Positions 27,308-37,608 of a stretch of DNA of 41,363 nucleotides are shown here, one piece after another. The notes beneath the pieces are model-generated. The model was not told the origin of the DNA. It saw nothing but the letters and a program-made list of their open reading frames with translations, and searched no databases. The stretch is from Hyphomicrobium sp. (GTDB taxonomy: Bacteria > Pseudomonadota > Alphaproteobacteria > Rhizobiales > Hyphomicrobiaceae): contig JBEVLH010000158.1 in the NCBI GenBank assembly GCA_040509255.1, positions 1-41,363 on the forward strand, in the 5' to 3' direction. The position numbers were made by a program, and so were the translations under genes. Every line of letters starts with the position of its first letter. Position 1 is the first letter of the stretch.

Positions 27308-28309
27308 TCAGCTCAGCGCGACGTTGGCCGTGCTCTCCGGCAGTTCTTCGCCAAAGCAGCGCTGATAGAATTCGGCGACGAGCGGTTTTTCGAGATCATC
27401 GCACTTGTTAAGGAACGTCACGCGGAACGCGAAGCCGAGGTCGCCGAAGATCTCGGCGTTTTCGGCCCAGGTGATAACGGTGCGCGGGCTCATCACCGTC
27501 GAGAGGTCGCCGTTGATGAAGGCCGAGCGGGTCAAATCGGCGACGCGCACCATGTGCGAAACCTGCTTGCGCTTGGCTTCGGTCTTGGCGAAGGCCTTGA
27601 CCTTCGACAGGACAATCTTGGCTTCGTCATCGTGCGGAAGATAGTTGAGCGTCGCGACGATCGACCAGCGATCCATCTGACCCTGGTTGATCTGCTGGGT
27701 GCCGTGATAAAGACCCGACGTATCGCCAAGCCCGATGGTATTCGTCGTTGCGAACAACCGGAAGGCCGGGTTCGGACGGATCACCTTCGACTGATCAAGT
27801 AGCGTCAGCTTGCCCGAAACTTCGAGCACGCGCTGGATGACGAACATGACATCGGGACGACCGGCATCGTATTCGTCGAATACGAGGGCGATATTGCTCT
27901 GGAGCGCCCAAGGCAGAATACCCTCTTTGAACTCGGTAACCTGCTTGCCTTCCTTCAGGACGATGGCGTCCTTGCCGACGAGGTCGATGCGCGAGATATG
28001 ACTGTCGAGATTGACGCGCACACATGGCCAGTTGAGGCGAGCGGCGACCTGCTCGATGTGCGTGGATTTACCGGTGCCATGATAGCCCTGGATCATCACG
28101 CGGCGATTGTGTTTGAAGCCGGCGAGGATCGCGAGCGTAACGTCGCGGTTGAAAAGATAATCGGGGTCGGTGTCCGGCACGTGCTCGTCGGGCTTCGAAT
28201 AGGCGGGCACTTCGAGATCGCTATCGATGCCGAAGACTTGGCGAACGGACAACTTCATGTCCGGCAGATTAGCGGCATCAGCCCCGTTCGCGCTGGTAGA
28301 CGTGCGCAT
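27308..28309 (-). CDS. cobS: Aerobic cobaltochelatase subunit CobS (AAA+)
   Basis: [45 protein letters not shown]. Confidence 0.95.
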   Translation of the reverse strand: MRTSTSANGADAANLPDMKLSVRQVFGIDSDLEVPAYSKPDEHVPDTDPDYLFNRDVTLAILAGFKHNRRVMIQGYHGTGKSTHIEQVAARLNWPCVRVNLDSHISRIDLVGKDAIVLKEGKQVTEFKEGILPWALQSNIALVFDEYDAGRPDVMFVIQRVLEVSGKLTLLDQSKVIRPNPAFRLFATTNTIGLGDTSGLYHGTQQINQGQMDRWSIVATLNYLPHDDEAKIVLSKVKAFAKTEAKRKQVSHMVRVADLTRSAFINGDLSTVMSPRTVITWAENAEIFGDLGFAFRVTFLNKCDDLEKPLVAEFYQRCFGEELPESTANVALS

Positions 28310-28404
28310 TTCCGTTGAATTCCCGATCAGATCGCCCAGCCGCTGCCAAGCCCTTAAACGGTGCAACTCTATTCGGTGCGCATCCGTTTCAAAGGCTCGG
28401 AGGA

Positions 28405-29028
28405 TTAGGCTAGGCCAGATTGTTTCAGATAGTTATAGGCTTGGAGGATTTCGCGCAACTTCTCCTCAGACCGGCTATCGCCGCCGTTGGCGTCGGGATG
28501 GTGGATCTTCACCAGGTCCTTAAAGCGCGCCTTGATGTCTTCCTTCGACGCCTCATCGGGAAGATCGAGGACCCGCAGCGATTTGCGCTCGAGCGGCTTC
28601 AACTGGCGGCGGATCGTGGGCATCTCGGTGCGAGACGAGCGCGCGCGCCGCGTGACCCGTTCGGTGCCGGCTTTGACGCGGGCGGCCGCTTCGTCGATGC
28701 GAGAGTCGTCACGCGTGCCGTGAGCCCAGGCATTGGCGCCGGTCTTCCAGGTCGGACGATGACCGGTCAGCGCGTCCTTGCGGAAGTTATTGACCTCGGC
28801 GTCGCTCATGCCGTCGAAGTAGTTGTACTCTTGATTGTACTGGCGGACGTGATCGACGCAGAAATGAAAGTATTCGCCGTCGCGGCCGCGGCCCTTCGGA
28901 GCTTTATGGGCCCCGGGCTTATCGCAGCCCTTCCACTGACATTCGGGCGCGCGCGTTTCCTTCTTGGCGCCTTGCTGGCGCTTCGAGCCGACGCGGATGC
29001 TGTCGAAGTATTTTGATTCCAGTTTCAT
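28405..29028 (-). CDS. J-domain (DnaJ-like) protein with N-terminal Cys/His motif
   Basis: MKLESKYFD start; CQWKGC...HFCVDHV; C-terminal J domain with HPD. Confidence 0.9.
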   Translation of the reverse strand: MKLESKYFDSIRVGSKRQQGAKKETRAPECQWKGCDKPGAHKAPKGRGRDGEYFHFCVDHVRQYNQEYNYFDGMSDAEVNNFRKDALTGHRPTWKTGANAWAHGTRDDSRIDEAAARVKAGTERVTRRARSSRTEMPTIRRQLKPLERKSLRVLDLPDEASKEDIKARFKDLVKIHHPDANGGDSRSEEKLREILQAYNYLKQSGLA

Positions 29029-29035
29029 TGCATGA

Positions 29036-29064
29036 ATTATGAGGGTTTGATCGCGGCGAAACAA
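29036..29064 (-). promoter_or_regulatory. Putative promoter giving a (near-)leaderless J-domain mRNA
   Basis: TTGTTT-N17-CATAAT ending 7 nt before the ATG; no SD sequence. Confidence 0.45.
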
Positions 29065-29182
29065 GGCGGCAAGAAAACGCTTGATTTCCGGTGTGACTGT
29101 GCCGTCAATTCTCTTAATAGGCCCTTTCGCTCTCGCGCGCATCGCACCAAAGCAGCACGAAAGCGCATCCTGCGAGACAATC

Positions 29183-29479
29183 ATGTCCATTACTGGCCGA
29201 CTTAGAGAAAAGCTGATGGTCGGGCTGCATCCGACGAGGCTCGACGTCGTCAATGAATCTGAGCTTCACGCCGGGCATCGCAACTCGCCTGGCACGGGCG
29301 AAAGTCATTTTCGCATTCTCGTCGTCTCCGAAGTGTTTTCGGGCAAGTCGCGGCTGGAACGTCACCGGCTCGTCAACGAGTTGCTGAAAGACGAACTGGC
29401 GGGCGCAATTCACGCGCTCGCACTTTCGACGATCGCGCCGGGGGAAAACGTGCCAAAGCCCGCTGACTCGCACGGTTGA
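29183..29479 (+). CDS. bolA: BolA-family protein
   Basis: NESELHAGH, GESHFRILVVS..F.GKSRLERHRLVN, IHALAL. Confidence 0.92.
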   Translation: MSITGRLREKLMVGLHPTRLDVVNESELHAGHRNSPGTGESHFRILVVSEVFSGKSRLERHRLVNELLKDELAGAIHALALSTIAPGENVPKPADSHG

Positions 29480-29486
29480 ATGTAGT

Positions 29487-30791
29487 TCAACCTGCCGATC
29501 GCGTGGCAAGTCCCGCGCCGGGGGTCGCCGACGGCGTAACAGCCTTGATGCGCAGCGCCATGATGCGGTTGCGGCTCTTGCGCAAAATCTCGAACCGATA
29601 GCCGTGGAACGTGAATACCTGGCCGGGCTCAGGGATGGTCTGGGCTTCGTGGATGACAAGGCCCGCAATCGTCGTCGCCTCATCGTCGGGCAGATCCCAA
29701 TCCAAATGGCGATTGAGATCGCGAATTGCAACGGTGCCATCGACATTGACGGTGCCATCGGATTGCACGCGGATATGGCTGTCGGGGTTGTCGTGCTCGT
29801 CGGTGATCTGGCCGACGATCTCTTCGAGGATATCCTCGAGCGTGATCAGTCCCTGGACCTCGCCGTACTCGTCGACGACCAGCGCCATCTGAATTTTCTT
29901 TTTGAGGAATTGGTTGAGCTGATCCTTGAGCGTGGTCGTATCGGGCACGAACCACGGCTCGGATGCGCACTTCATGATATCGACCTTCTCGGGCTCCCAG
30001 TCGGTGCGCGAGAGTGCAATCAGGACGTCCTTGGTGTGTAGGACGCCGACGATGTTTTCCTGCTCGTCCTTCCAAAGCGGAAGGCGCGTGTGGTGCGAGC
30101 GCAAGACCTGATCGACGATCTTGGCGGGCGGTTCGTCGCGATCGATCGTTTCCATCTTGGTGCGATGAACCATGATGTCGGCGACCTGAAGATCGCCTAA
30201 GTCGAGGACGCCGCCAAGCATCTCGGCATCGCCTTTGGCGACGGTGCCCTCCTTGGCCTGAAGATCAATGGTGCCGCGGATTTCCTCGTGCGCCGCGAGA
30301 ATGTTGGCCTCATCGTCGGCCTTGCCCGGGGTCAACTTCAACAGGTAGCGGACGACAAACTCGATCGCCTTCGTAAAGGGCGTCAGGAAATAAATGAGGC
30401 CCTGCATGATCGGCGCGACGACGAGCGCGACGCGATCGGCATAAGCGAGCGCATAGGTCTTGGGCAGCACGGCCGCGAAGATCACGATCAGAACCGTGAT
30501 GATGGCGGTGGCGTAGGCGACGCCGACCTCGCCGTAGAGATGAACAGCGATATTCGACGCCAGCGCCGCGGCGAGGACGTCGACGAGCGTATTGCCCAGA
30601 AGGACAGTGCCGATCATCTTCTCGGGCCGCGACAGCACCTTGTTGACGAGCGCCGCGGGCATGTTGCCGTCTTCTTCAAGCGAATGCATGCGCGCCCGGG
30701 AGGCGGCCGTCAGCGACGTCTCGCTGGCGTTGAAGAACGCCGACAGGACGATCAATAGGACGATGGCGAAGAGGCTGATAATTATGGTCAT
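29487..30791 (-). CDS. HlyC/CorC (CNNM-CBS-CorC) Mg2+/Co2+ transporter family protein
   Basis: N-terminal TM DUF21 region (SAFFNASET), CBS pair (VVDEYGEVQGLITLEDILEEIVG), CorC domain. Confidence 0.9.
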   Translation of the reverse strand: MTIIISLFAIVLLIVLSAFFNASETSLTAASRARMHSLEEDGNMPAALVNKVLSRPEKMIGTVLLGNTLVDVLAAALASNIAVHLYGEVGVAYATAIITVLIVIFAAVLPKTYALAYADRVALVVAPIMQGLIYFLTPFTKAIEFVVRYLLKLTPGKADDEANILAAHEEIRGTIDLQAKEGTVAKGDAEMLGGVLDLGDLQVADIMVHRTKMETIDRDEPPAKIVDQVLRSHHTRLPLWKDEQENIVGVLHTKDVLIALSRTDWEPEKVDIMKCASEPWFVPDTTTLKDQLNQFLKKKIQMALVVDEYGEVQGLITLEDILEEIVGQITDEHDNPDSHIRVQSDGTVNVDGTVAIRDLNRHLDWDLPDDEATTIAGLVIHEAQTIPEPGQVFTFHGYRFEILRKSRNRIMALRIKAVTPSATPGAGLATRSAG

Positions 30792-30868
30792 GGTTGACGG
30801 GTTTCGATGTCCTGTTCACAAGCGGCAGGAGCAATCTAACATATCCCGGAAGGGCGGGGATAACTTGG

Positions 30869-32554
30869 TCAGGCGATTTCCCGCTCGAGGAATGCCAGTA
30901 CGGTCGCGGGTGCGACATCGCGTGTCACGAAGGCCTGTCCGATACCTCGCACCAAGATGAACGTCATCTTGCCGGCCTTAACCTTTTTATCCTGACCCAT
31001 AAGGCGCTGAAGTTCGGCGGCGTCGGGAGCGCCGCCCGGAATATCGGCGATGCGGGTTGGCAGTCCGACGGCTTTCAGATGCGTGGTGACGCGTTCGCTC
31101 GTCCCTGCCGGGCAAAACCCCAGTTCTTCCGACAGGCGAAACGCCATGCACATGCCGATTGCGACGCCTTCGCCGTGCAGCAGACGGTCGGAATAACCCG
31201 TCCACGCTTCAAGCGCATGCCCGAAGGTGTGGCCCAGGTTGAGGAGCGCGCGGTCGCCGGTTTCGGTTTCGTCGCGCGCGACGATGGCGGCTTTGGCGGC
31301 GACGCTGGTCTCGATCGCGTGCGTCAGGGCCGGACCGTTGTTGCCGAAAACGCCCTGCCAGTTGGCTTCGAGCCAGGAAAAGAAATTTGCATCCCCCAAG
31401 AGGCCATATTTGGCAACCTCGGCGTATCCGGCGCGCATCTCGCGCGGGGGCAGCGTGGTCAGAACAGCAGTGTCGGCGACAACGAGGCTCGGCTGATGGA
31501 AGACGCCGATCAAGTTCTTGCCTTGCGGTGTGTTGATGCCGGTCTTGCCGCCGACGGAACTGTCGACCTGGGCGAGTAGCGATGTCGGGATCTGCACGAA
31601 GCGGACGCCCCGGCGCAGAATGCCGGCCGCGAAGCCGGCGAGATCGCCGATCACTCCGCCGCCGAACGGCACGACGAGATCGCCACGCTCGAGACCAAGC
31701 TCCAAAAGCCGTTCTGACAACACGGCGAGATCGCGAAAGCTTTTGGTCGCCTCGCCCGGCTTCATGATGATCGAGCCAGCAAATGCGCCTTCGGCCTTGA
31801 GACTATCTTCGAGCGTCGAAAGATGGTGGCGGGCGACGTTTTCGTCGGTGACGATCCCGCATTTGACCGAACCGAAGCGCGCCTTGATCAATGCGCCCGC
31901 ATCGCGAAGTACGCCGCGCGCGATCAGGACATCGTATGAGCGATCGCCGAGATCGACGCGGACAGCGCGCGACGGGTTGGGCTCCTGCGCCTGTGGCGCG
32001 GGGCCTTCGCTGGCGAGGCGCGTGATGATGTCGGTGACGATGATGTCGTGGGGTTCGTCTCGGCTTTCGACTGTCATGTCTGCTTCTGCGTAGATGGGAT
32101 AGCGGGCTTCAATCAGCTTCTGCATGGTTGCTTCGGGATTGCCGTCGCGCAAAAGCGGGCGGGTGTCGCGCTTCATGACGCGCCGCATGAGAACAGGCAG
32201 TTCGGCCCTCAGCCAGATCGAAAAGGCGACGTCTTTGACGCGGCTGCGAGTTTCCGGATTTATGAATGCCCCGCCGCCGGTCGCGAGAACTTGCGGACCG
32301 TTGGCGAGCAATCGGGCAATGACCTTGCGCTCGCCGTCGCGAAAATGCGCTTCGCCATGGTCGGCGAAAATCTCGTTGATGGTCTTGGCGGCGGCGCGCT
32401 CGATCTCCTCGTCGGCGTCGATGAAGGGCAGGTTGAGCTTGAACGCCAGGCGCTTGCCGACCGAGGTCTTGCCGCAGCCCATAAGTCCGACGAGCACGAT
32501 CGGCCGCTTGCCGATCCGCTTTTTCGCCCGCTCGATCGCTTCGGATTCCGTCAT
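30869..32554 (-). CDS. aroKB: Bifunctional shikimate kinase / 3-dehydroquinate synthase
   Basis: GLMGCGKT, GEAHFRDGE, ATGGG (AroK) in frame with GGGVIGDLAGF, QVDSSVGGKTG, LNLGHTFGHALE, HGEGV (AroB). Alternative start 32626. Confidence 0.92.
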   Translation of the reverse strand: MTESEAIERAKKRIGKRPIVLVGLMGCGKTSVGKRLAFKLNLPFIDADEEIERAAAKTINEIFADHGEAHFRDGERKVIARLLANGPQVLATGGGAFINPETRSRVKDVAFSIWLRAELPVLMRRVMKRDTRPLLRDGNPEATMQKLIEARYPIYAEADMTVESRDEPHDIIVTDIITRLASEGPAPQAQEPNPSRAVRVDLGDRSYDVLIARGVLRDAGALIKARFGSVKCGIVTDENVARHHLSTLEDSLKAEGAFAGSIIMKPGEATKSFRDLAVLSERLLELGLERGDLVVPFGGGVIGDLAGFAAGILRRGVRFVQIPTSLLAQVDSSVGGKTGINTPQGKNLIGVFHQPSLVVADTAVLTTLPPREMRAGYAEVAKYGLLGDANFFSWLEANWQGVFGNNGPALTHAIETSVAAKAAIVARDETETGDRALLNLGHTFGHALEAWTGYSDRLLHGEGVAIGMCMAFRLSEELGFCPAGTSERVTTHLKAVGLPTRIADIPGGAPDAAELQRLMGQDKKVKAGKMTFILVRGIGQAFVTRDVAPATVLAFLEREIA

Positions 32555-32801
32555 GCGCGCCTCGACGCCGATCGACTCGGCGAATCGGTTAGTTTCGGCC
32601 AGTACGCCTCGTGGCAGGATGGTCATTTGCGCGCCCTCATGCCACGAACCCAATTTGTTCGCAAATTGGAACACCCTGTCAAAATCGTCGTCGGGGGCAC
32701 CAGATGCCGGACCCACGCAAGGGGGTTACTGTAAAATGGCGAACCGAGTCATAATCGCGCCATCAAGGTGCCCACCTAAAAGGCCGGGACGGGACAGATA
32801 A

Positions 32802-32945
32802 ATGCCGAGCCTTTTCCGGCTATTGTTCGTACTTTGCGCGCTTGCCGCGACGGTTCTTGGCGGGCTTTACGTGCTGGCCACGCGCTTCGAGCCCGAGCAG
32901 CAGACGTTCAGCAAGCCTGTGCAAAACGTCAAAATCCGGCGGTAA
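32802..32945 (+). CDS. Small single-TM protein, 47 aa (not in ORF track)
   Basis: MPSLFRLLFVLCALAATVLGGLYVLATRFEPEQQTFSKPVQNVKIRR*; stop 3 nt before next ATG; resembles small proteins found before xerD in Rhizobiales. Confidence 0.75.
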   Translation: MPSLFRLLFVLCALAATVLGGLYVLATRFEPEQQTFSKPVQNVKIRR

Positions 32946-32948
32946 GCC

Positions 32949-34838
32949 ATGGTGCATACACACCGAAAGACGACATCGGGGGTCCGGCAGTTCTGGATGG
33001 CCGCGCTGCTTCCGCTCAGCGTCATCGCAACGACGGTTCCCGCCGGCGGACAAGAGGATCCCGGCGCGGCGCCACCTCCGGCAAGCAGCAAGAAGCGCCC
33101 CGCGCGGGATGATGCCTATTCCCCGCCGCCGAACAAACGTTCCTACCTCGAGCCGCTCGGCTCGCCCTCGCAAGGCGGTGATGATCTGTGGTCCCGGCCT
33201 TCGGGCGGCGCCGGCAACACGGGATCGAAACGGGCTGCACCGCCCGGCTCGGGCAACTCGGTCATGCGCGACGCCATTCCGCCGACCGTCGACAAAGGCG
33301 AGCTAGCGCCCGTCATGTCGAGCGACGGCTCCGGTCTGCCTTTCGAGCTTTGGGGCGGCATGGATGTGGCGGCGCTCGAAAAGCTGATCGCCACCATCGA
33401 AATCCCGCCGCGCTCGCCGGTTCTGCACGATCTGTGGAAGAAGCTGATCACAACGCCCTCCGGCGACGGCTCGAACGCCAGTTTCACAGCCCTGCGGCTG
33501 GAGGCGCTCTATCGTTCGGGCCTGGCGCGGGAAGCCGCCGCCGAAATCGCCAAACAACCCGCCGGCGATAATCCGCTTCTCGTCTCGCTCGAAGCCCGCA
33601 ACGAGCTTGCCGCCGGTCATTCGGACAAGGCGTGCGAGCTCGTCTCGCGCTCGGCCGGCCTCAAGGGCGCCATCCCCGCGCGGCTCAAGGGGCAAGTGAT
33701 CCTCATGGCCGGGTACTGCTCGGCATCCAAAGACGATAAAGCCGCGGCGGGACTGGCGGCCGATCTGGCGCGCGAAGAAGGCGTCGAGACATCTCCGGGT
33801 CTTGAGGCGCTCGACGCGTTTTCCATCGGCTCCAAGCCGCGCTATTCGGCGGTGAAACAGATTTCGCTGCTCGACTATCGGATCGCCGAACGGGTCGGCG
33901 GCCTGTCGCACAAGCTCGTTCTGGAAAAGGGCGAACCGGCGCTGCTGGTGGCGCTGGCGACCGACCATTCCACACCTGTCGACCTCGGATTTCCCGCGAC
34001 CGAGGCGGCGGCGCGGCTCAATGCGCTAACGCCGCAGATGCTTGCCGGCATTTATCGGGTCAATGCAGAAAAGGTGCCCCCGGACGATCTTCTGGCGGAT
34101 CGCGGACCGAAAGGTGTCGGCCGACGCGCGGCGCTGTTCAAGGCCGCGGAAGACGAGCGCTCGCCGATGCGGAAAACTCGGCTGATCCGGGCCTTCCTTG
34201 ACGACGTCCGGCACGAAGGGCTCGGCATGATCGGCGCCAAAATGATTTCGCAGGCGGCCTATGATGTGCAGCCGGCGCCTGAAATCAGCTGGTTCGCCGA
34301 GACGGGCGTCGAGATCGGATTGGCGTCGGGCCGGTTCGACATGGCGCGGCGCTGGATCGATATTGCCGATCAGGGCGGCGGTGGCCCTGGGCTCGATCAC
34401 TGGCGGGCGCTTATCGACATCGCCGATCCGAACGAGCCGGGTCGCGGGCGGACGTTTTCAAGCCTCGAAGCCTACGCGTCGAGCGGCCGGTTTCCGCCGG
34501 CGGCGCTTTATCGGCTGACGACCGTGATGGAAGCGCTCGACTATCTGGTGCCGATCCCGCTCTGGGATGCCGCGAACCGGATCGCGCAGCCGACGTCGGG
34601 CTATCTGCCCGAAACGGGCGTACTGACCGAGTTGCAGGGCGCTTCGAAAAAACAGGAGTTCGGTCATACCGTCTTGCTGGTGATGAAGGCGCTTGGCCCG
34701 AACGGGGCGGCCGATGCCAACCTGATCGCGCTCGGTGACAGCATTCGCGCCCTCAAACGCGCCGGGCTCGAAGCCGATGCCCGGCGACTGGGCCTCGAAG
34801 CGCTGCTTCCGACGTGGCCGCGCACCGAAACGAATTAG
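32949..34838 (+). CDS. Conserved hypothetical exported alpha-helical protein
   Basis: 629-aa ORF with signal-like N-terminus, Pro/Gly/Ser-rich region, GLPFELWGG motif and C-terminal LKRAGLEADARRLGLEA; operonic with xerD. Confidence 0.75.
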   Translation: MVHTHRKTTSGVRQFWMAALLPLSVIATTVPAGGQEDPGAAPPPASSKKRPARDDAYSPPPNKRSYLEPLGSPSQGGDDLWSRPSGGAGNTGSKRAAPPGSGNSVMRDAIPPTVDKGELAPVMSSDGSGLPFELWGGMDVAALEKLIATIEIPPRSPVLHDLWKKLITTPSGDGSNASFTALRLEALYRSGLAREAAAEIAKQPAGDNPLLVSLEARNELAAGHSDKACELVSRSAGLKGAIPARLKGQVILMAGYCSASKDDKAAAGLAADLAREEGVETSPGLEALDAFSIGSKPRYSAVKQISLLDYRIAERVGGLSHKLVLEKGEPALLVALATDHSTPVDLGFPATEAAARLNALTPQMLAGIYRVNAEKVPPDDLLADRGPKGVGRRAALFKAAEDERSPMRKTRLIRAFLDDVRHEGLGMIGAKMISQAAYDVQPAPEISWFAETGVEIGLASGRFDMARRWIDIADQGGGGPGLDHWRALIDIADPNEPGRGRTFSSLEAYASSGRFPPAALYRLTTVMEALDYLVPIPLWDAANRIAQPTSGYLPETGVLTELQGASKKQEFGHTVLLVMKALGPNGAADANLIALGDSIRALKRAGLEADARRLGLEALLPTWPRTETN

Positions 34839-34849
34839 GAGCGCCCCGA

Positions 34850-35782
34850 ATGACGGCTGCGGCGGGGCGCTTCGATCACGTCGCGGATTTTCTCGCGATG
34901 CTTTCGGCCGAACGCGGCGCCTCGGTGAATACGATCGACGCGTATGCTGCGGATCTCGACGGTTTTCTAGGTTTTCTATCGGATCGGGGACGGGACGCGC
35001 GCGATGCGGGATCGGACGATGTCCAGGCTTACCTCGGAGCACTTGCTGGCGAGGGCCAGGCGCCGACGTCACGAGCGCGACGGCTTTCGGCGATCAAGCA
35101 ATTCTACCGGTTCCTGGTGGCGGAAGACCTGATCGCGCTCGACCCGACCGCGGGCCTGCAGGGGCCAAAAAAGCAGCGAGCGCTGCCAAAGGTTCTCAGC
35201 ATCGCCGAGGTCGATCGCCTGCTCGCAGCGTCGCAGAAGCAATGCGACGGACAAGAAGGCCATGCGCTTTTTCGTGCGCTGCGATTTCATTGTCTGCTCG
35301 AGCTTCTCTATGCGACGGGCATGCGCGTGTCGGAACTCGTTGGGCTGCCGCGCAGCGTGCTTCGAGGTGACGCCCGCGTTCTGACGATCAAGGGCAAGGG
35401 CGGACGCGAACGCCTCGTGCCCCTCAATGCCACGGCGCGCGCGGCGCTAGACGCATTTATCGCCGTCTCGGGACGGTTCGACAATTCGGAATGGCTTTTT
35501 CCGTCAAAATCGGCGCTTGGCCATGTGACAAGGCAAGGGTTCGCTCAGGATCTGAAAGACGTCGCGGTGGCGGCGGGGCTTCAGCCCGAACGTGTGTCGC
35601 CGCACGTGTTGCGCCATGCGTTCGCCAGCCATCTGCTCGATCGCGGCGCCGATCTACGTGCCGTGCAGCAGTTGCTAGGCCACGCCGACATCTCGACGAC
35701 GGAAATTTACACGCATGTGCTGCAGGAGCGGCTCAAGGCGCTCGTCAACGCCCATCACCCGCTGGCGAAGGTCAAGACATAA
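34850..35782 (+). CDS. xerD: Site-specific tyrosine recombinase XerD
   Basis: AERGAS.NT..AY..DL, LYATGMRVSELV, GKGGRERLVP, SPHVLRHAFASHLL, LLGHADISTTEIYTHV; AGGAG RBS before ATG 34850. Confidence 0.93.
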   Translation: MTAAAGRFDHVADFLAMLSAERGASVNTIDAYAADLDGFLGFLSDRGRDARDAGSDDVQAYLGALAGEGQAPTSRARRLSAIKQFYRFLVAEDLIALDPTAGLQGPKKQRALPKVLSIAEVDRLLAASQKQCDGQEGHALFRALRFHCLLELLYATGMRVSELVGLPRSVLRGDARVLTIKGKGGRERLVPLNATARAALDAFIAVSGRFDNSEWLFPSKSALGHVTRQGFAQDLKDVAVAAGLQPERVSPHVLRHAFASHLLDRGADLRAVQQLLGHADISTTEIYTHVLQERLKALVNAHHPLAKVKT

Positions 35783-36075
35783 TTGCGGACGGCTCGGCCA
35801 TCTGGGTCTGCTGATGTCGCCTTGCGCAAAACTCTGAAACCCGCGACAAGTTCTTCCCCGCACGGATCGCGGGCGACGGACGATAGGTGGTATCCATACA
35901 TGCACGTCTCATGGCTCCACGCCGTTCAAAAAACTTCGAACCGACGAGCACGATCGAACCGCAAGATCGTTTACCAAAACATCGCGATGTCGCACGTGGC
36001 ACCGGGTGCCCGGGCGATATGTCGTGAGGTTCACAGACGGCTGGTAACGGCCATGACAGGCGAAAAAGGCGCGTA

Positions 36076-37608
36076 ATGCCTTCTCGCAAAAGCCCGGAGG
36101 CGGTGAACAATTTCATGACTTCGGTGACGACCGAGGTTCGCGGTTCCTGGCTCGGCTTCGGTTCGCATCCGCGCGGGCTGTCGACGCTCTATTTCACCGA
36201 GCTTTGGGAGCGCTTTTCGTTTTACGGCATGCGCGCTCTGCTCGTGCTGTTCATCATCGCCCCCGTGTCGGAGGGCGGCCTCGGCCTCTCGATCCCGACG
36301 TCAGGAAGCATATACGGCACGTACGGCATGGCGGTTTACCTACTCGCTCTGCCGGGGGGCTTCATCGCCGACCGCATCATCGGCGCCAAGCGCAGCGTGC
36401 TCATCGGCGGCTTGACTATCGCGGCGGGACACTACGCGCTCGCGTGGCCGTCGCCCTCTACGTTCTATATCGGTCTCGCGCTCATCGCGATCGGTACGGG
36501 CCTCTTCAAGCCGAACATCTCTGCGCTCGTCGGCGCGCTTTACGATCGCGATGACACGCGACGCGACGCCGGATTTTCGCTCTTCTACATGGGCATCAAC
36601 ATCGGCGCTCTCACCGCCCCGTTTCTGACCGGTTTCCTGGCGCAAAGCAGCGTATTCAAGTCCTGGCTGGCCGCAGCCGGGTTCGATCCGATCTACAGCT
36701 GGCACTGGGGTTTCGCCGCCGCGGGCGTCGGCATGACGATCGCGATCCTGCTTTTTGCACGCAAGATGCGCGACCTGAAAGACCCAGATGTCAGCGCGCC
36801 GGAAAGCGGCTCGTCGTTCCGGCGGCAAGCCACATACGTGGCGGGAATCACCATCGGGCTCTTGGCGCTGGCGCTGCTGTCGGACGTCAATGGCTTTCGC
36901 TGGTTACGCTGGCTCTTCATCATCCTGCCTCTTGCCGGCATCGCCTATGGCGCGTCGCGGCGCGATGCGGACTCGCACCGCATGGCCGCGGTCGGCATTT
37001 ATTTCCTGGCCGCGATGGTCTTCTGGGCCATCTTCGAGCAGGCGGGCACGACGCTGACGCTGTTCGCGGACACCCTGACGCGCAACGAAATCGTCGGGCT
37101 GCCTTTCCCCTCGTCGTGGTACCAGTCTGCCAACCCGATCTTCGTCATCCTGCTGACGCCGTTCGCGGCGGCGCTATGGATGAAGCTCGGCAATCACCAG
37201 CCATCGTCGCCGGTGAAATTCGGTCTCGGTCTCGTCTTTCTCGCGGCGTCATTTCTGCTAATGGTGCCGGCTGCAAATCTAGCCGCCGACGGCCGGGTTT
37301 CGCCGCTCTGGCTCATCGGCCTCTATTTCCTGTTCACGGTCGGCGAACTGATGCTGAGCCCGGTCGGACTGTCGACGATGACGCGCATCGCGCCACAACG
37401 AATGTCGGGACAGGTGTTGGGTCTATGGTTTTTGGCCACCGCCTTCGGAGACAAAATTGCGGGCGACATCGGCGGCGCGTTCACGACGACGGACCCGGAT
37501 GCGCTCGCTCTGTCATTCCTGGCGCAGGCCGCACTTGTCGCGGTCGCGGCTGCGCTTATGTTCGCGGTCGCCCCCATCGTCCGACGGCTTTCCGAAGGCG
37601 AAAATTAA
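36076..37608 (+). CDS. POT/PTR family proton-dependent oligopeptide transporter (MFS)
   Basis: ExxERFxYY-type motif ELWERFSFYGMR, GTGLFKPN, FYMGINIG, many TM helices. Confidence 0.93.
   Translation: MPSRKSPEAVNNFMTSVTTEVRGSWLGFGSHPRGLSTLYFTELWERFSFYGMRALLVLFIIAPVSEGGLGLSIPTSGSIYGTYGMAVYLLALPGGFIADRIIGAKRSVLIGGLTIAAGHYALAWPSPSTFYIGLALIAIGTGLFKPNISALVGALYDRDDTRRDAGFSLFYMGINIGALTAPFLTGFLAQSSVFKSWLAAAGFDPIYSWHWGFAAAGVGMTIAILLFARKMRDLKDPDVSAPESGSSFRRQATYVAGITIGLLALALLSDVNGFRWLRWLFIILPLAGIAYGASRRDADSHRMAAVGIYFLAAMVFWAIFEQAGTTLTLFADTLTRNEIVGLPFPSSWYQSANPIFVILLTPFAAALWMKLGNHQPSSPVKFGLGLVFLAASFLLMVPAANLAADGRVSPLWLIGLYFLFTVGELMLSPVGLSTMTRIAPQRMSGQVLGLWFLATAFGDKIAGDIGGAFTTTDPDALALSFLAQAALVAVAAALMFAVAPIVRRLSEGEN

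Noticed and set aside
29029-29253. N-terminal extensions of the J-domain and BolA ORFs that would overlap head-to-head
   Set aside because: Conserved-looking starts are at 29028 (-) and 29183 (+); the region between is a divergent promoter.
34850-35782. Tyrosine recombinase as a phage or mobile-element integrase
   Set aside because: Sequence and position between aroKB and accA fit housekeeping XerD; no att repeats or cargo genes.
35783-36075. Short ORFs or riboswitch between xerD and the POT transporter
   Set aside because: No RBS-supported ORF with plausible composition and no riboswitch consensus that I can recognise.
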